DNA of 64,000 nt from a bacterium (lineage in GTDB: Bacteria > SZUA-182 > DTGQ01), in the NCBI GenBank assembly GCA_040752695.1, contig JBFMGO010000014.1:13673-77672 (forward strand), read 5' to 3'. The notes below the pieces were generated by a model that was given only the letters and a program-made list of their open reading frames with translations, was not told where the DNA came from and searched no databases. The translations under genes and the position numbers were made by a program. Numbering within the stretch: position 1 is the first letter of the stretch; each line of letters opens with the position of its first letter. Positions 18,897 to 28,523 of the stretch are shown here, one piece after another.

Positions 18897-19160
18897 TTTA
18901 CCCTCCCTACATACCTCCAGGGGGTAATTGCCGGTTTTTTCTCTTGCTTTTTCTTTTTCATTTTGAGAACATAATTAACTTAACTGCGACAGATTCCTGC
19001 CATCCGCGTAAAGGAGGTCAGATTCCAGGAGCCAGAACGCGCAGAGCAGGAGCCAGAGCCCGGAGTGAGAGAGGGGGGGGAGGAGAGCCGCTCCCTTTCA
19101 TGCGAATATTTTGGTATTCCCTTGAGAGTTTCCTGGAAACTCGCCGGAGATAATCGGTAC

Positions 19161-20300
19161 ATGTTTTTGCTTTTCCTTTTCGGGGGATTTTCCACAGGAT
19201 TTTGCCTGATCATATATGGAATATATATCCTGGCCTTTATCAAAGGGAGAAAGTATCTTCCCATCGACGAACTAAAGGAGTATGTGCCTGTTTCCGTGCT
19301 TATTCCGGCAAGGAATGAAGAAAAGGTCATGGAGAGGAAGATCAAGAACCTGGCTGAAATCGATTATCCCCGCGAACTGCTTCAGGTCGTTGTCGTTGAT
19401 GATGCATCGACTGATCAAACCAGGGAGGTCGCTCAGGCAGCCCTTTCCCGATATCGTATTTCCGGCATGGTTATTTCAAACGACACCAGAAAAGGTACAA
19501 ATTACAATTATAATCATGGGATGAAGTACGTATTCCATGATGTTGTCGTAACCACCGATGCCGATGTGACCTTGGAAGGTCAGGCGCTGAAGAGAATGGT
19601 GGCTGTTTTACAGAATGACGATAAAATCGGGGCCGCCTGTGGGGAATTGGTGCCGCTCATTGACGGTCAGTATATTTCGACAGGGGTCGAGAAGCCCTAC
19701 CGCGATGTTTTTGGAAAAATGTGCTCCTGGGAAAGCGCACTGCACAGCACCTACTGCTTTAACGGCCCGCTGATCGCCCTGAAAAAGCAGGCTTACAGCC
19801 CAATGAATCCGCACAAGGGAGCAAGTGATACCAATATGGCGCTGTCCGTTATACGCAATGGCTATCAGGCCAAGTACATTTCCTCGGCAAAATTCTACGA
19901 ATGGGTTCCAACCAAGCTGGCTCAGCAGAAAAAACAGAAGATTCGCCGGGCATCCCGGCTTCTGGAATCCACCTGGGCGGCCAGGGGGATGCTGTTCGAT
20001 AAGAAATACGGAAAGTTCGGTATGGTGGTACTGCCTCTTCGGATGGCCATGCTCTTTTTGGTACCTGCCCTGTGCCTGGTTTCCCTGGTCTTTTTTGGCA
20101 TGCTCTCTTTGCGGTTCCTCGGTATTCTGGGTTTGTTTCTCTATCTCCTTATTTTATTGGGAGTTATCGTGCTGGGAGCTTACCGTACCAACTTCCTGAC
20201 ATCTTTCATCTGGCATCAATACTATTTGCTCGCCGGTTTTGTTAACATGATCAAACCCATGCACATCTGGGAGTCTGTGGATAGAACGGCTTTACATTAA
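19161..20300 (+). CDS. GT2 glycosyltransferase (CESA/IcaA-like, membrane-anchored)
   Basis: VLIPARNEE, VDDASTD, TDAD, QKIRRA; N- and C-terminal TMs; ATG 19161 after GGAG. Confidence 0.88.
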   Translation: MFLLFLFGGFSTGFCLIIYGIYILAFIKGRKYLPIDELKEYVPVSVLIPARNEEKVMERKIKNLAEIDYPRELLQVVVVDDASTDQTREVAQAALSRYRISGMVISNDTRKGTNYNYNHGMKYVFHDVVVTTDADVTLEGQALKRMVAVLQNDDKIGAACGELVPLIDGQYISTGVEKPYRDVFGKMCSWESALHSTYCFNGPLIALKKQAYSPMNPHKGASDTNMALSVIRNGYQAKYISSAKFYEWVPTKLAQQKKQKIRRASRLLESTWAARGMLFDKKYGKFGMVVLPLRMAMLFLVPALCLVSLVFFGMLSLRFLGILGLFLYLLILLGVIVLGAYRTNFLTSFIWHQYYLLAGFVNMIKPMHIWESVDRTALH

Positions 20301-20360
20301 TACGCTTTCTTGACGTAATATATCGGCATGACCATGAAGATATGAAGCGATTATGAAGAT

Positions 20361-21644
20361 ATGAAGCAGCAGGCGCAAAAGATTTTGATTATCTCTCTAT
20401 CGGGTATCGGAGACCTTATTTTATTCACTCCAGCCATTCCCTTGCTGCGAAAGAGGTTTCCTGAGGCAGAGATTTCCCTTCTCGTGAAAAAAAAGGAAGC
20501 GGCAAAAGTGCTCAAAGGGAATCCTTATATTGATAAAATCATTGTCTTTGATCCGCAAAAAGCATCGATAAAAGAGAACATCCTGTTTTATTTCAGTATG
20601 CGAAAAAGAAAGTATGACATCAGCCTTTCCACCTTTCCGGCCATGACTTTTCTCAATAATCTCTCCACCTTCGCCATCGGCGCCAGGAAGCGCTGGGTCT
20701 ATAAAACAGACCACCCCCTGCTCTCTTTCGATTTTTTACAAAACAGGCGTATCCCTTACCAGCACGGTAAACACCGGATTGATTATAATCTGGCTCTGGT
20801 CAAGGCCCTTGCCCGTGAGCAGGAATCGGGCAGTGAGAAAAAACCGGGCACTGAAGATCCGATTGAACTTGAAACAAACCCTTTGGATCAGGTGTATATT
20901 TACGGGAGAGGTCACGCTGGCTGCGGAAGTTCCGGCGACGGCAATAACGGCAATAATGGTAATAACGGTATTCATGGGAATAAAAGAAACAGCAGAAAAT
21001 ATGGAAGCAATGGAAACGGCAGGGGTAATGGAAGTGATGGAAGGGATGAAAGATACGGAAATTACCAAAAGGGCCAATCCGGGCAAATCCTGCTGCGGCT
21101 TGGCGCAGACCCCCTGGAGTTGTTCATTGGGATTCATGCCGGTTCAGGAGACAACCAGCCATTTAAGAGGTGGGGTGAAGAAAAATTCGCCCTGCTGGCT
21201 GATAAGATTCAAAAAGAGTTCCCCTTTCGCGTCATTCTGCTTGGGGGACCGGAAGAGGAAGAGCTGTCGAGAAGAGTTGCCAGGCATATGGCAACCACTC
21301 CTCCCGTAATTGCTGCAGGAAGAACCTGCATCGAAGAGACCCTGGCCCTTATCAGTCGGTGTGAACTTTTGATCAGCAATGATTCAGGGGTCATGAACAT
21401 GGCTTTTGCCCTGCGCAAAAAGATCCTGGCCATCTTTGGCCCCACCGATGATACCTGTACCAGGCCTCTGGGCAAAAACGATGTCGTTATTTTAAAGGAA
21501 TTCCCCTGCAAACCGGCATGCAGAAAGAGATATCTCTACAGCAAGGAGTGCAATTTCGGCTACCGATGTCTCAAGGAGCTTTCGGTGGATGAAGTGTGGA
21601 ACGTTGCGCGGGGTGTATTGGAATCCATGGTGAGACAGGAATAG
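20361..21644 (+). CDS. GT9 glycosyltransferase (heptosyltransferase-like) with Gly/Asn-rich insertion
   Basis: GIGDLIL..P, HAGSG..KRW, SNDSG.MNMA, AIFGPT. Confidence 0.9.
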   Translation: MKQQAQKILIISLSGIGDLILFTPAIPLLRKRFPEAEISLLVKKKEAAKVLKGNPYIDKIIVFDPQKASIKENILFYFSMRKRKYDISLSTFPAMTFLNNLSTFAIGARKRWVYKTDHPLLSFDFLQNRRIPYQHGKHRIDYNLALVKALAREQESGSEKKPGTEDPIELETNPLDQVYIYGRGHAGCGSSGDGNNGNNGNNGIHGNKRNSRKYGSNGNGRGNGSDGRDERYGNYQKGQSGQILLRLGADPLELFIGIHAGSGDNQPFKRWGEEKFALLADKIQKEFPFRVILLGGPEEEELSRRVARHMATTPPVIAAGRTCIEETLALISRCELLISNDSGVMNMAFALRKKILAIFGPTDDTCTRPLGKNDVVILKEFPCKPACRKRYLYSKECNFGYRCLKELSVDEVWNVARGVLESMVRQE

Positions 21645-21671
21645 AAATTTTGAAGCCTGGGTGTACGATGA

Positions 21672-21824
21672 GAAGAAGATGGAGAAATGTGCCCATATGC
21701 TTTCTTTGATAGGTCTTTTCAAGGAGGAAATGTGATGGAAATGAAATATTTCCCCGACACTGATACCTTGTTGATAGATTTTACAGATGAATCACCTTCA
21801 GACGGAACATCCTTCAATGGATGA
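21672..21824 (+). pseudogene. Remnant of a DUF2283-type toxin-antitoxin pair
   Basis: AGGAGG RBS then MEMKYFPDTDTLLIDFTD (21735-21824, 29 aa, truncated), preceded by EDGE...AFFDRSF. Confidence 0.5.
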
Positions 21825-22749
21825 TTTCAAGACAGGTCGCCTTCGAATTGCAGTGACGATTCCCTGCTATAATGAAGATGCCTCCATCGGCAAAGTAATC
21901 AAGGATTTTCAAAAGGCATTGCCTGAAGCCCGGATTATTGTCTTTGATAATGATTCCACCGATAATACTGCTCAGATCGCCCAGGGCAGCGGGGCCTGTG
22001 TGATCCGGGAGGGAAGAAGGGGAAAGGGAAACGTGATCCGGTCTATCTTTGAGAAGATAGATGCTGATTTCTACGTCCTGGTCGATGGCGATGACACCTA
22101 TCCGGCTGAAGAGGTGGGAAAACTGTTGACCCTGGTCCAAAATGATCAGGCGGATATGGCTATCGGCACGCGACTGGATAACTTTACCAAGGAATCGAGA
22201 GAACTTCTCCATAGTATCGGCAACCGGGTATTGTTAAAGATTCTGAACCTGTGTTTTCATACAAACCTGTCAGATATCCTGTCCGGTTACCGGGTATTCA
22301 ACCGGGAGTTTGTGAAAACCGTCCCCCTTTTTTCAACAGGATTTGAGATTGAAACCGAGTTAACCATTCAGGCACTGATGCGTGAATTCCGTATCCGGGA
22401 GGTTCCGATAACGTACCGGTCCAGACCTCAAGGGGGGAAATCCAAAATCAAGCCCTTCAGGGACGGGTACCGGATTCTCATGACTATTCTTATGTTTACC
22501 AGAGATTTGCGGCCTATGATTTTCTTCCCCGCTCTCAGCCTGTTCTTTATTCTGGGGGCATTTATCCCGGGGTTTCGGGTCATCCGTGAATATCTCCAGA
22601 CCGGTCTCATCCGCTACCTGCCTTCTGCCATACTGGCTACAGGCATGGTAATCCTTGGGATTCTTTTTTTCATTGCAGGTTTTATCGTTCATACCCTGAA
22701 CCGCAGGTTTAATGAAATCAACCTTGTCTTAAAAAGGATGCAAAAATAA
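21787..22749 (+). CDS. GT2 polyprenol-phosphate glycosyltransferase (DPM1-like)
   Basis: IPCYNE, DNDSTD, GKG, VDGDDTY, DILSGYR, FEIETE; two C-terminal TMs. Confidence 0.9.
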   Translation: MNHLQTEHPSMDDFKTGRLRIAVTIPCYNEDASIGKVIKDFQKALPEARIIVFDNDSTDNTAQIAQGSGACVIREGRRGKGNVIRSIFEKIDADFYVLVDGDDTYPAEEVGKLLTLVQNDQADMAIGTRLDNFTKESRELLHSIGNRVLLKILNLCFHTNLSDILSGYRVFNREFVKTVPLFSTGFEIETELTIQALMREFRIREVPITYRSRPQGGKSKIKPFRDGYRILMTILMFTRDLRPMIFFPALSLFFILGAFIPGFRVIREYLQTGLIRYLPSAILATGMVILGILFFIAGFIVHTLNRRFNEINLVLKRMQK

Positions 22750-22770
22750 AAGAGGATGCAAAAATAAAAA

Positions 22771-24681
22771 ATGTTATCGCACGATGAGCAGAAACAGAAT
22801 ACGAACCGAAAGGGGATGGCAGTCTTGATCGCCATCCTTGCCCTTGGATTTAGCTTGCGGCTGTGGGGAATTCAATTCGGATTGCCCGAGTATTTTTATG
22901 TCGATGCCACCAAAACCGTATATCCGGCCAAGAAGATCGCCTACAGCTTTCTGAGTGGAAAACCGGACCTGGACCCCCAGTTTTATCAATATCCAACCTT
23001 TTATGTTAATATACTCGCCCTGGAATACATATGCTATGGATTCGGCAAGGGGCTTTCGATCAAGGCCCGGAATCACCTGAGCAGTCTCAGGGAAGCAGTG
23101 AGTATCCTCTATCAGGATCAGGCCAAAGAGCATGTATTCTTTTTGCTGGCCCGGCTGACCAGTGCCGTGGCCGGCACTCTGACTATTCTGCTCCTTTACC
23201 TGGCGGGCATGGCAGGCTATAAGGATCGCAGGATAGCTTTGCTGAGCGCCTTTTTTCTTGCCGTTACCTTTCTTCATGTCAAGGACGCCCAATACCCGAT
23301 GACCGACGCAATGATGGCCTTTATGGCAATTTGCGCCTGGCTCTTTATTCTGAAAATCACCCACCACGGTGCTGATGAAGCTGATAAAGCCGATGAAGCT
23401 GATGGAGCTTATAAAAGTGAAGGAGGCAGGGGGAGGAGAACCGGGAGAGGCACCGGAGGCACCGCAGTCACCGGAGTCGCTACAGTCAACAGGGCCAATG
23501 GAGGCAGCGGATGTCATGGGGGTGATAGGGGTGATTGGGGTGACAGTGGCAGAAAGAAGGCGGCCGATGGTGGTCAGGGAGGTGGCGGACGTGGCTTTTG
23601 GAGGAAGGACTATATCCTGGCAGGGCTTTTCATCGGACTGGGTACTTCTACCAAATATCTGCCCCTGTTCCTGCTCCTGCCCTTCGGGATGGCTTTTGTG
23701 ATAGATTATTATCAGAATAAAAAGTACCGTACCTATCTTATGCAATGCATTATCCTGGGCCTTCTTTTTATCCCGCTCGGCTTTCTCATCGGGACACCGA
23801 GCTTTATTTACAGATCAGGTCGGTTTACCAACAGAGCCGCTTCGGAAAAGAGCGGGCAATACAATATCGGAGGAAAACCGGGAGATGTTCAGCAGGGGTA
23901 CTTCGATTACCTGTTTTCCCGAAATTCAACCTATAACGAACCTTTCGCCCAAAACTCTTTAATGGGCTCAATGGGCATCCCGCTCCTTTTGCTGACCATT
24001 CTGGGAATTTTTTATGCTTTACGGCAGGGAATTGCACAAAAGGCTAACCGGGGGAATGCAGACCTTATCCTGAGTGTATCGTGCCTGGTTTTTTACTGTC
24101 TTATGGCCCAGCCGGGACAGTTGCGGACAGTACGGCATTTTTATTGGTTTTTGCCCATCTACGCACTTTTGGCCAGCCGTGTGCTGACCGCAGCAGGAGA
24201 TCTGCTCAGGAAGCAGAACATGGTTGTTATCCCTCTTCTGGGTATCCTGATAGCCAGTCCCACCCTGTGGCGTACCGTGCGGTATGATTATCTTCAGTCC
24301 CATACGGACAACCGGGTTTTTGCCCGGCAGTGGATTGACGAGAATCTTCCTGCAGGCAGCAAGGTGCTGATGCCGAACCTGTATCACCCCAAAATCTCTC
24401 AGCAAAAATTCCAGGTGCTCATCTATAACCGGGGTACCATCAACCAGAAGGTGTTGACCTTTGATGCATTGCTGGCCAACGGTATCAACTACTGCCTCAC
24501 CATCAGCTACTTTGATGACCGCTACTTCACCCAGGAGGCGTTGAAGGATTTTCCATCCATTGTCAGTCATTACCGGGCATTCTGCACATCTCTCGAAGAG
24601 CGGGGGCAATTGGTGAAGGAGTTTCCCTCTAACCTCGTCGACAAGCCAGGCCCGACGATCAGGATATTCAAGATTTCCTGA
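22771..24681 (+). CDS. GT-C membrane glycosyltransferase (PMT/ArnT-like, GT39/83) with Gly-rich insertion
   Basis: LRLWGI.FGLP, YPT, ARL.SA..G, GL.TSTKY; multiple TMs plus periplasmic C-terminal domain. Confidence 0.8.
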   Translation: MLSHDEQKQNTNRKGMAVLIAILALGFSLRLWGIQFGLPEYFYVDATKTVYPAKKIAYSFLSGKPDLDPQFYQYPTFYVNILALEYICYGFGKGLSIKARNHLSSLREAVSILYQDQAKEHVFFLLARLTSAVAGTLTILLLYLAGMAGYKDRRIALLSAFFLAVTFLHVKDAQYPMTDAMMAFMAICAWLFILKITHHGADEADKADEADGAYKSEGGRGRRTGRGTGGTAVTGVATVNRANGGSGCHGGDRGDWGDSGRKKAADGGQGGGGRGFWRKDYILAGLFIGLGTSTKYLPLFLLLPFGMAFVIDYYQNKKYRTYLMQCIILGLLFIPLGFLIGTPSFIYRSGRFTNRAASEKSGQYNIGGKPGDVQQGYFDYLFSRNSTYNEPFAQNSLMGSMGIPLLLLTILGIFYALRQGIAQKANRGNADLILSVSCLVFYCLMAQPGQLRTVRHFYWFLPIYALLASRVLTAAGDLLRKQNMVVIPLLGILIASPTLWRTVRYDYLQSHTDNRVFARQWIDENLPAGSKVLMPNLYHPKISQQKFQVLIYNRGTINQKVLTFDALLANGINYCLTISYFDDRYFTQEALKDFPSIVSHYRAFCTSLEERGQLVKEFPSNLVDKPGPTIRIFKIS

Positions 24682-25333
24682 TAGCGGCTTGGTCGATCTT
24701 CCCTTTTTCAAAGCGCCGCATGCATCGCTTATACAGCTTTTTCAGCTTTTACAAAAAGGGCAGGGGGGAGAGGAGATCTTTGGGAGGAATATCCTCTCAT
24801 TCAAAACGTGGCCGTGTAATTCCCTCGACGTGTACTCACATCCTGCTTTCCTGAGGCCAGGCGCCGTTGAGCCGCTCTTCCAGAAGTCCTCGCCGGGTGC
24901 GGTAATCTGTAAAAACCTGGTCGATCCGGGATCTGAATTGTTCCACCCTGCAAAAATGCTGAGCAGGATCTCTCACTTCCACAAAGCGGGCTACCGCTTC
25001 GTAATGATCATATCATAAACTCGCTATAAACTCATTGCCAAAACCTGCATTTTCGATCCTGAATGGAATGCGTCTGTCTGAAAGCAGATGGGACATTTTC
25101 TGTGTCGACGACAGAAATAACATATATATTTACAATATGTTACGACAACCAGCCAGATTTATCAAGAGGTTAATGCATATGTAGATCTATGCATAATGCT
25201 GAAAAAAATTGCACAATAATGTTGCAACGCGTTGCGCATTGAGCAGATATGATCCTTGTTCAATTATGGATATTGTTATCTTTTATAAAATGTATATTTT
25301 ATTTATTTTAAGTAAAATATATTTATTTAAATT

Positions 25334-25349
25334 TGGCATACTTTTTGCT
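25334..25349 (+). promoter_or_regulatory. Putative sigma-54 promoter of the flp/tad locus
   Basis: TGGCATACTTTTTGCT matches TGGCAC-N5-TTGCW; upstream AT-rich tract and palindrome GCAACGCGTTGC (25224-25235). Confidence 0.7.
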
Positions 25350-25768
25350 ATTATATAAGTATTATTAGAATTTGATTAGCTTTTATTCTTATCTCTGGAA
25401 AATAGATGGAAGTAGATTTTTCAGAATGAAAAATATCTGATTAAAAAGGCTCTTATATATTGACTGGGTGAACGGGGTACATGCAATGAGCTTATTCCAA
25501 AACACTCCTCATCCCCCTTTTCCCACGGGGGATGAGGAGGCAGATATCGTTTTTTAAGCTCAAGGAGTGCGGATGTAGCTTAAAAAACAAATGCAAAGCC
25601 GGGCTGACGAAGAGGGGGGTGGTGATCAAGAAACGGATAGTGGAATAGAAGGACTGATAGGAGTAAAAAAGAAAGTATATTTTGGGTAATAGTATATTTT
25701 AGGTAACAGGGTTTATTAAGAATCGAAATAGTTTATTGACTTATAAAGTCGTAAGGAAGGTAAATACT

Positions 25769-25933
25769 ATGGATCAGTTAGTCAAGTTTTTACAGGAAGA
25801 GGACGGAGTTACCGCTATTGAGTATGCCTTGATCGCTGCTACAATCGCTGTATTTATTATTGGCATCTTACAAGCCACGGGTGGTGCTTTGGAAAGAACT
25901 TTTCAGGCGATCATCGATGTACTTCCCACCTAA
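25769..25933 (+). CDS. flp: Flp/Fap pilin 1
   Basis: EEDG|VTAIEYALIA prepilin motif; 54 aa. Confidence 0.93.
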   Translation: MDQLVKFLQEEDGVTAIEYALIAATIAVFIIGILQATGGALERTFQAIIDVLPT

Positions 25934-26107
25934 GCTTGTGTAGTTTTTAGAAAATGGGGGTGGAGTTACTACTGATAGGGACCTAATGATTGTGGTGGTT
26001 ATTACTGTTACTGTAATGGCAGTGGATATATCAACAGAGAGATAAAGATCCCAGAGATTGTAACTGCCTTCCTCGTAATCTAAATAGCGGCTAGTTACTT
26101 ATCCTAA

Positions 26108-26160
26108 GGGGGGTGTATTGCGTATCTTTTCATTTCCAAAGAAGGCGCAATGCATCCCCT
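26108..26160 (+). terminator. Stem-loop downstream of flp1
   Basis: GGGG.TGTATTGCG...CGCAATGCATCCCC imperfect inverted repeat. Confidence 0.4.
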
Positions 26161-26378
26161 AGTGGTTATTTTTAAGGAATAGGTATTTATACTTGTTCAA
26201 CTTAGGTTTTGATTGGCATGAATATTGGTAATCGTGTTAATGGACATATTTTTATGGTATTTTGAATACAATATTGAAATAAATAATAAATTTTTACCAA
26301 AATAGCTAATCAATAATCATGCCTGGAAAAACCAAAGTTGAAGCACTATAATCACTTATCTTATAAAAGGAGATTTTA

Positions 26379-26555
26379 ATGTTAAGAAAGACAATGTTAA
26401 AAAAGACAGTTTATTTCCTGATATCCGAGGATGGCAATACATGTATTGAATATGCTTTGATCGCGTTCATTATGGCAATGGCTCTTTCGAGCTCTCTTCC
26501 TTCATTAGCCGAAGATATGGAGTCAGTATATCGGACGTTAATCAACGCTTTTTAA
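26379..26555 (+). CDS. flp: Flp/Fap pilin 2 (58 aa; absent from the ORF track)
   Basis: AGGAG RBS; MLRKTMLKKTVYFLISEDG|NTCIEYALIAFIMAMALSSSLPSLAEDMESVYRTLINAF. Confidence 0.8.
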   Translation: MLRKTMLKKTVYFLISEDGNTCIEYALIAFIMAMALSSSLPSLAEDMESVYRTLINAF

Positions 26556-26623
26556 TACGGTTAGCCAAAAAATTAACCAACAAATTAACAGGGGTATTTC
26601 ACTAATTTTCGAGAGAGAGGCAG

Positions 26624-27157
26624 ATGGACCGAGGGCTCATTCAGGCAATTCCCATTTTATTGTTGGCCGTTATACTGCTCATAGCTGCCATAAGCGACTT
26701 TCGTACCCGGAAGATTCCCAACCGGCTTACCTTTCCTACGGCAGCGGTGGGAATAATTTACCATACCTGCGTAAGCGGATGGAAGGGGCTCCTTTTCAGC
26801 ACAGCGGGCGTAGTCGCAGGGCTTGCGCTGCTCATGGTTTTTTATCTCATGGGGGGAATGGGCGCAGGTGATGTCAAACTCATGGGAGCTGTCGGCGGTC
26901 TTTTGGGGCCAGAAGGAGTATTGGCAGCCTTCGTGGGCACTGCCCTGATCGGAGGTATCTATGCGGTTGGGCTTCTGGCTGTACACGGAGATCTCCCTGA
27001 CATGGTCAGGCGGTACGGAATAATGCTGAAGACGTTTTTCTTCACCCATCGGATGGTTTACATTCCTCCGGAAAACAGGGAATCACGGCCAGTTTTGTGC
27101 TATGGATTGGCGATCGCAATTGGTACGTTACTCTCGGTTTTCATAAGGGTTATTTAA
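26624..27157 (+). CDS. cpaA: Prepilin peptidase, A24 family (TadV/CpaA)
   Basis: SDFRTRKIPN and GMGAGDVKL catalytic Asp motifs. Confidence 0.93.
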   Translation: MDRGLIQAIPILLLAVILLIAAISDFRTRKIPNRLTFPTAAVGIIYHTCVSGWKGLLFSTAGVVAGLALLMVFYLMGGMGAGDVKLMGAVGGLLGPEGVLAAFVGTALIGGIYAVGLLAVHGDLPDMVRRYGIMLKTFFFTHRMVYIPPENRESRPVLCYGLAIAIGTLLSVFIRVI

Positions 27158-27518
27158 AGATTATCTCATGGGAAAACAGGCATGGGAGAACATGACTGAA
27201 ACAAGAGGGGGGCAGGAGGATTCATGAGCAGGGGGGTGATATCGAAGAGTTAATGTCATATGCGTTAAGCCAGGATGGGCTTGACCTGAGGGGCTTTAGA
27301 GCTTAGCTTAAGGTATATGAGATTGACTTGGTGCAAAAGGGGCTTAATACCCATAAGACAGGTGACAGGTATACCTTTCAAGGGGTATGGCACTGTGCAG
27401 GGAGTAAACTCAAGACGGTGAGCAGAAGAAGGGCCGGGCTGTGATTAAGAAGACAAGGTGTACTGCCAAGAAGGGGAATAACGATGAGAAGGAATGAGAG
27501 CGAAGAAGGAGATGCATA

Positions 27519-28523
27519 ATGGAAAAGAAGAAATCGATCATCATGGTTGGCCTGGCCATGGTCATATCGTTCATTATTACGATTCTGGTCATGAAAAGTA
27601 TAAAAAAGGACATACCTCCCCCACCCCAAGCGAAATTAGTCACGCAGCCAATAGCGGTAGCGGCTTTCGATTTACCGTGGGGCACCTCCCTTTCCAGAGA
27701 GCAGATCAGGATGGTGCCTTTTCTCCAAAAAAGTCTGCCGATGGGATCTTTTTCCGATTCCAATTCCCCGGGAAAACTGGTCGGGCGGACCACTATCTAT
27801 CCGATCAATGCCGGGGAGCCGATATTGGAGTCAAAACTGGCCTCGAACGACCCTAAAAACAACGGGGTGGCCGCAATCGTTAATATTAAAAAACGCGCTA
27901 TGGCGGTGAGGGTTGATAAGGTTATTGGCGTAGCCGGCTTTATTTATCCCGGTCATCGGGTAGACATTTTAGTAACCTTAAAAGAGAAGGATCAGGAAAA
28001 GCGTACCGGCCCTATAACCAAGACAGTGCTTGAAAACATATTAGTTCTGGCTGTAGGTACAAAAATGGCTGTAGATACAGAACCGGGACTGGTAAGCAAG
28101 GGTCTGGAAGAGACGGGGTTGAAAGAAAAAGATAAAAAAACTGTCGCGGTAGATGTGATCACCCTTGAAGTAACACCGGAAGAGGGGGAAAAACTGGCCC
28201 TGGCCGCTAATGAAGGCAGGATACAACTGGCGTTGAGAAGTTCCAACGACATCAATGCCGTTGAAACGGCTGGAATGACCATACCGGTCCTTTTGAGCTC
28301 CTGTACGTCTCCTTCACCTCCGCCGCCTCCTAAAGTCTGCACCGTGGGCCGTGGCGTCAAGCGCCAAAAAAACCGGAGCACTAAAAATCCGCCCAAAGCT
28401 GCATCCAAACCTGCACCTTTCACCGTCGAATTAGTCAAAGGAGCCCAAAAGAGTGAAGTGAAATTTGATGAGAATGATGTGGAACTTGATAATAGTGAGG
28501 TGAAACGTGAACGGAGGATCTAA
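27519..28523 (+). CDS. cpaB: Flp pilus assembly protein CpaB/RcpC
   Basis: N-terminal TM; SAF domain; RAMAVRVD..IGVAGFIYPGHRVDIL; ITLEVTPEE. Confidence 0.93.
   Translation: MEKKKSIIMVGLAMVISFIITILVMKSIKKDIPPPPQAKLVTQPIAVAAFDLPWGTSLSREQIRMVPFLQKSLPMGSFSDSNSPGKLVGRTTIYPINAGEPILESKLASNDPKNNGVAAIVNIKKRAMAVRVDKVIGVAGFIYPGHRVDILVTLKEKDQEKRTGPITKTVLENILVLAVGTKMAVDTEPGLVSKGLEETGLKEKDKKTVAVDVITLEVTPEEGEKLALAANEGRIQLALRSSNDINAVETAGMTIPVLLSSCTSPSPPPPPKVCTVGRGVKRQKNRSTKNPPKAASKPAPFTVELVKGAQKSEVKFDENDVELDNSEVKRERRI

Noticed and set aside
24689..25018. 109-aa plus-strand ORF, and a stop-bounded minus frame (24836..25012) faintly like the C-terminus of SWIM-domain proteins
   Set aside because: No RBS or motifs for the first; the second has no start and the similarity is too weak to call by eye
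25539..25630. c-di-GMP-I/GEMM riboswitch before flp1 (GGCAGA...stem...GCAAAGCC)
   Set aside because: No GNRA tetraloop and no recognisable 3' half; an Infernal search with the c-di-GMP-I model would settle it
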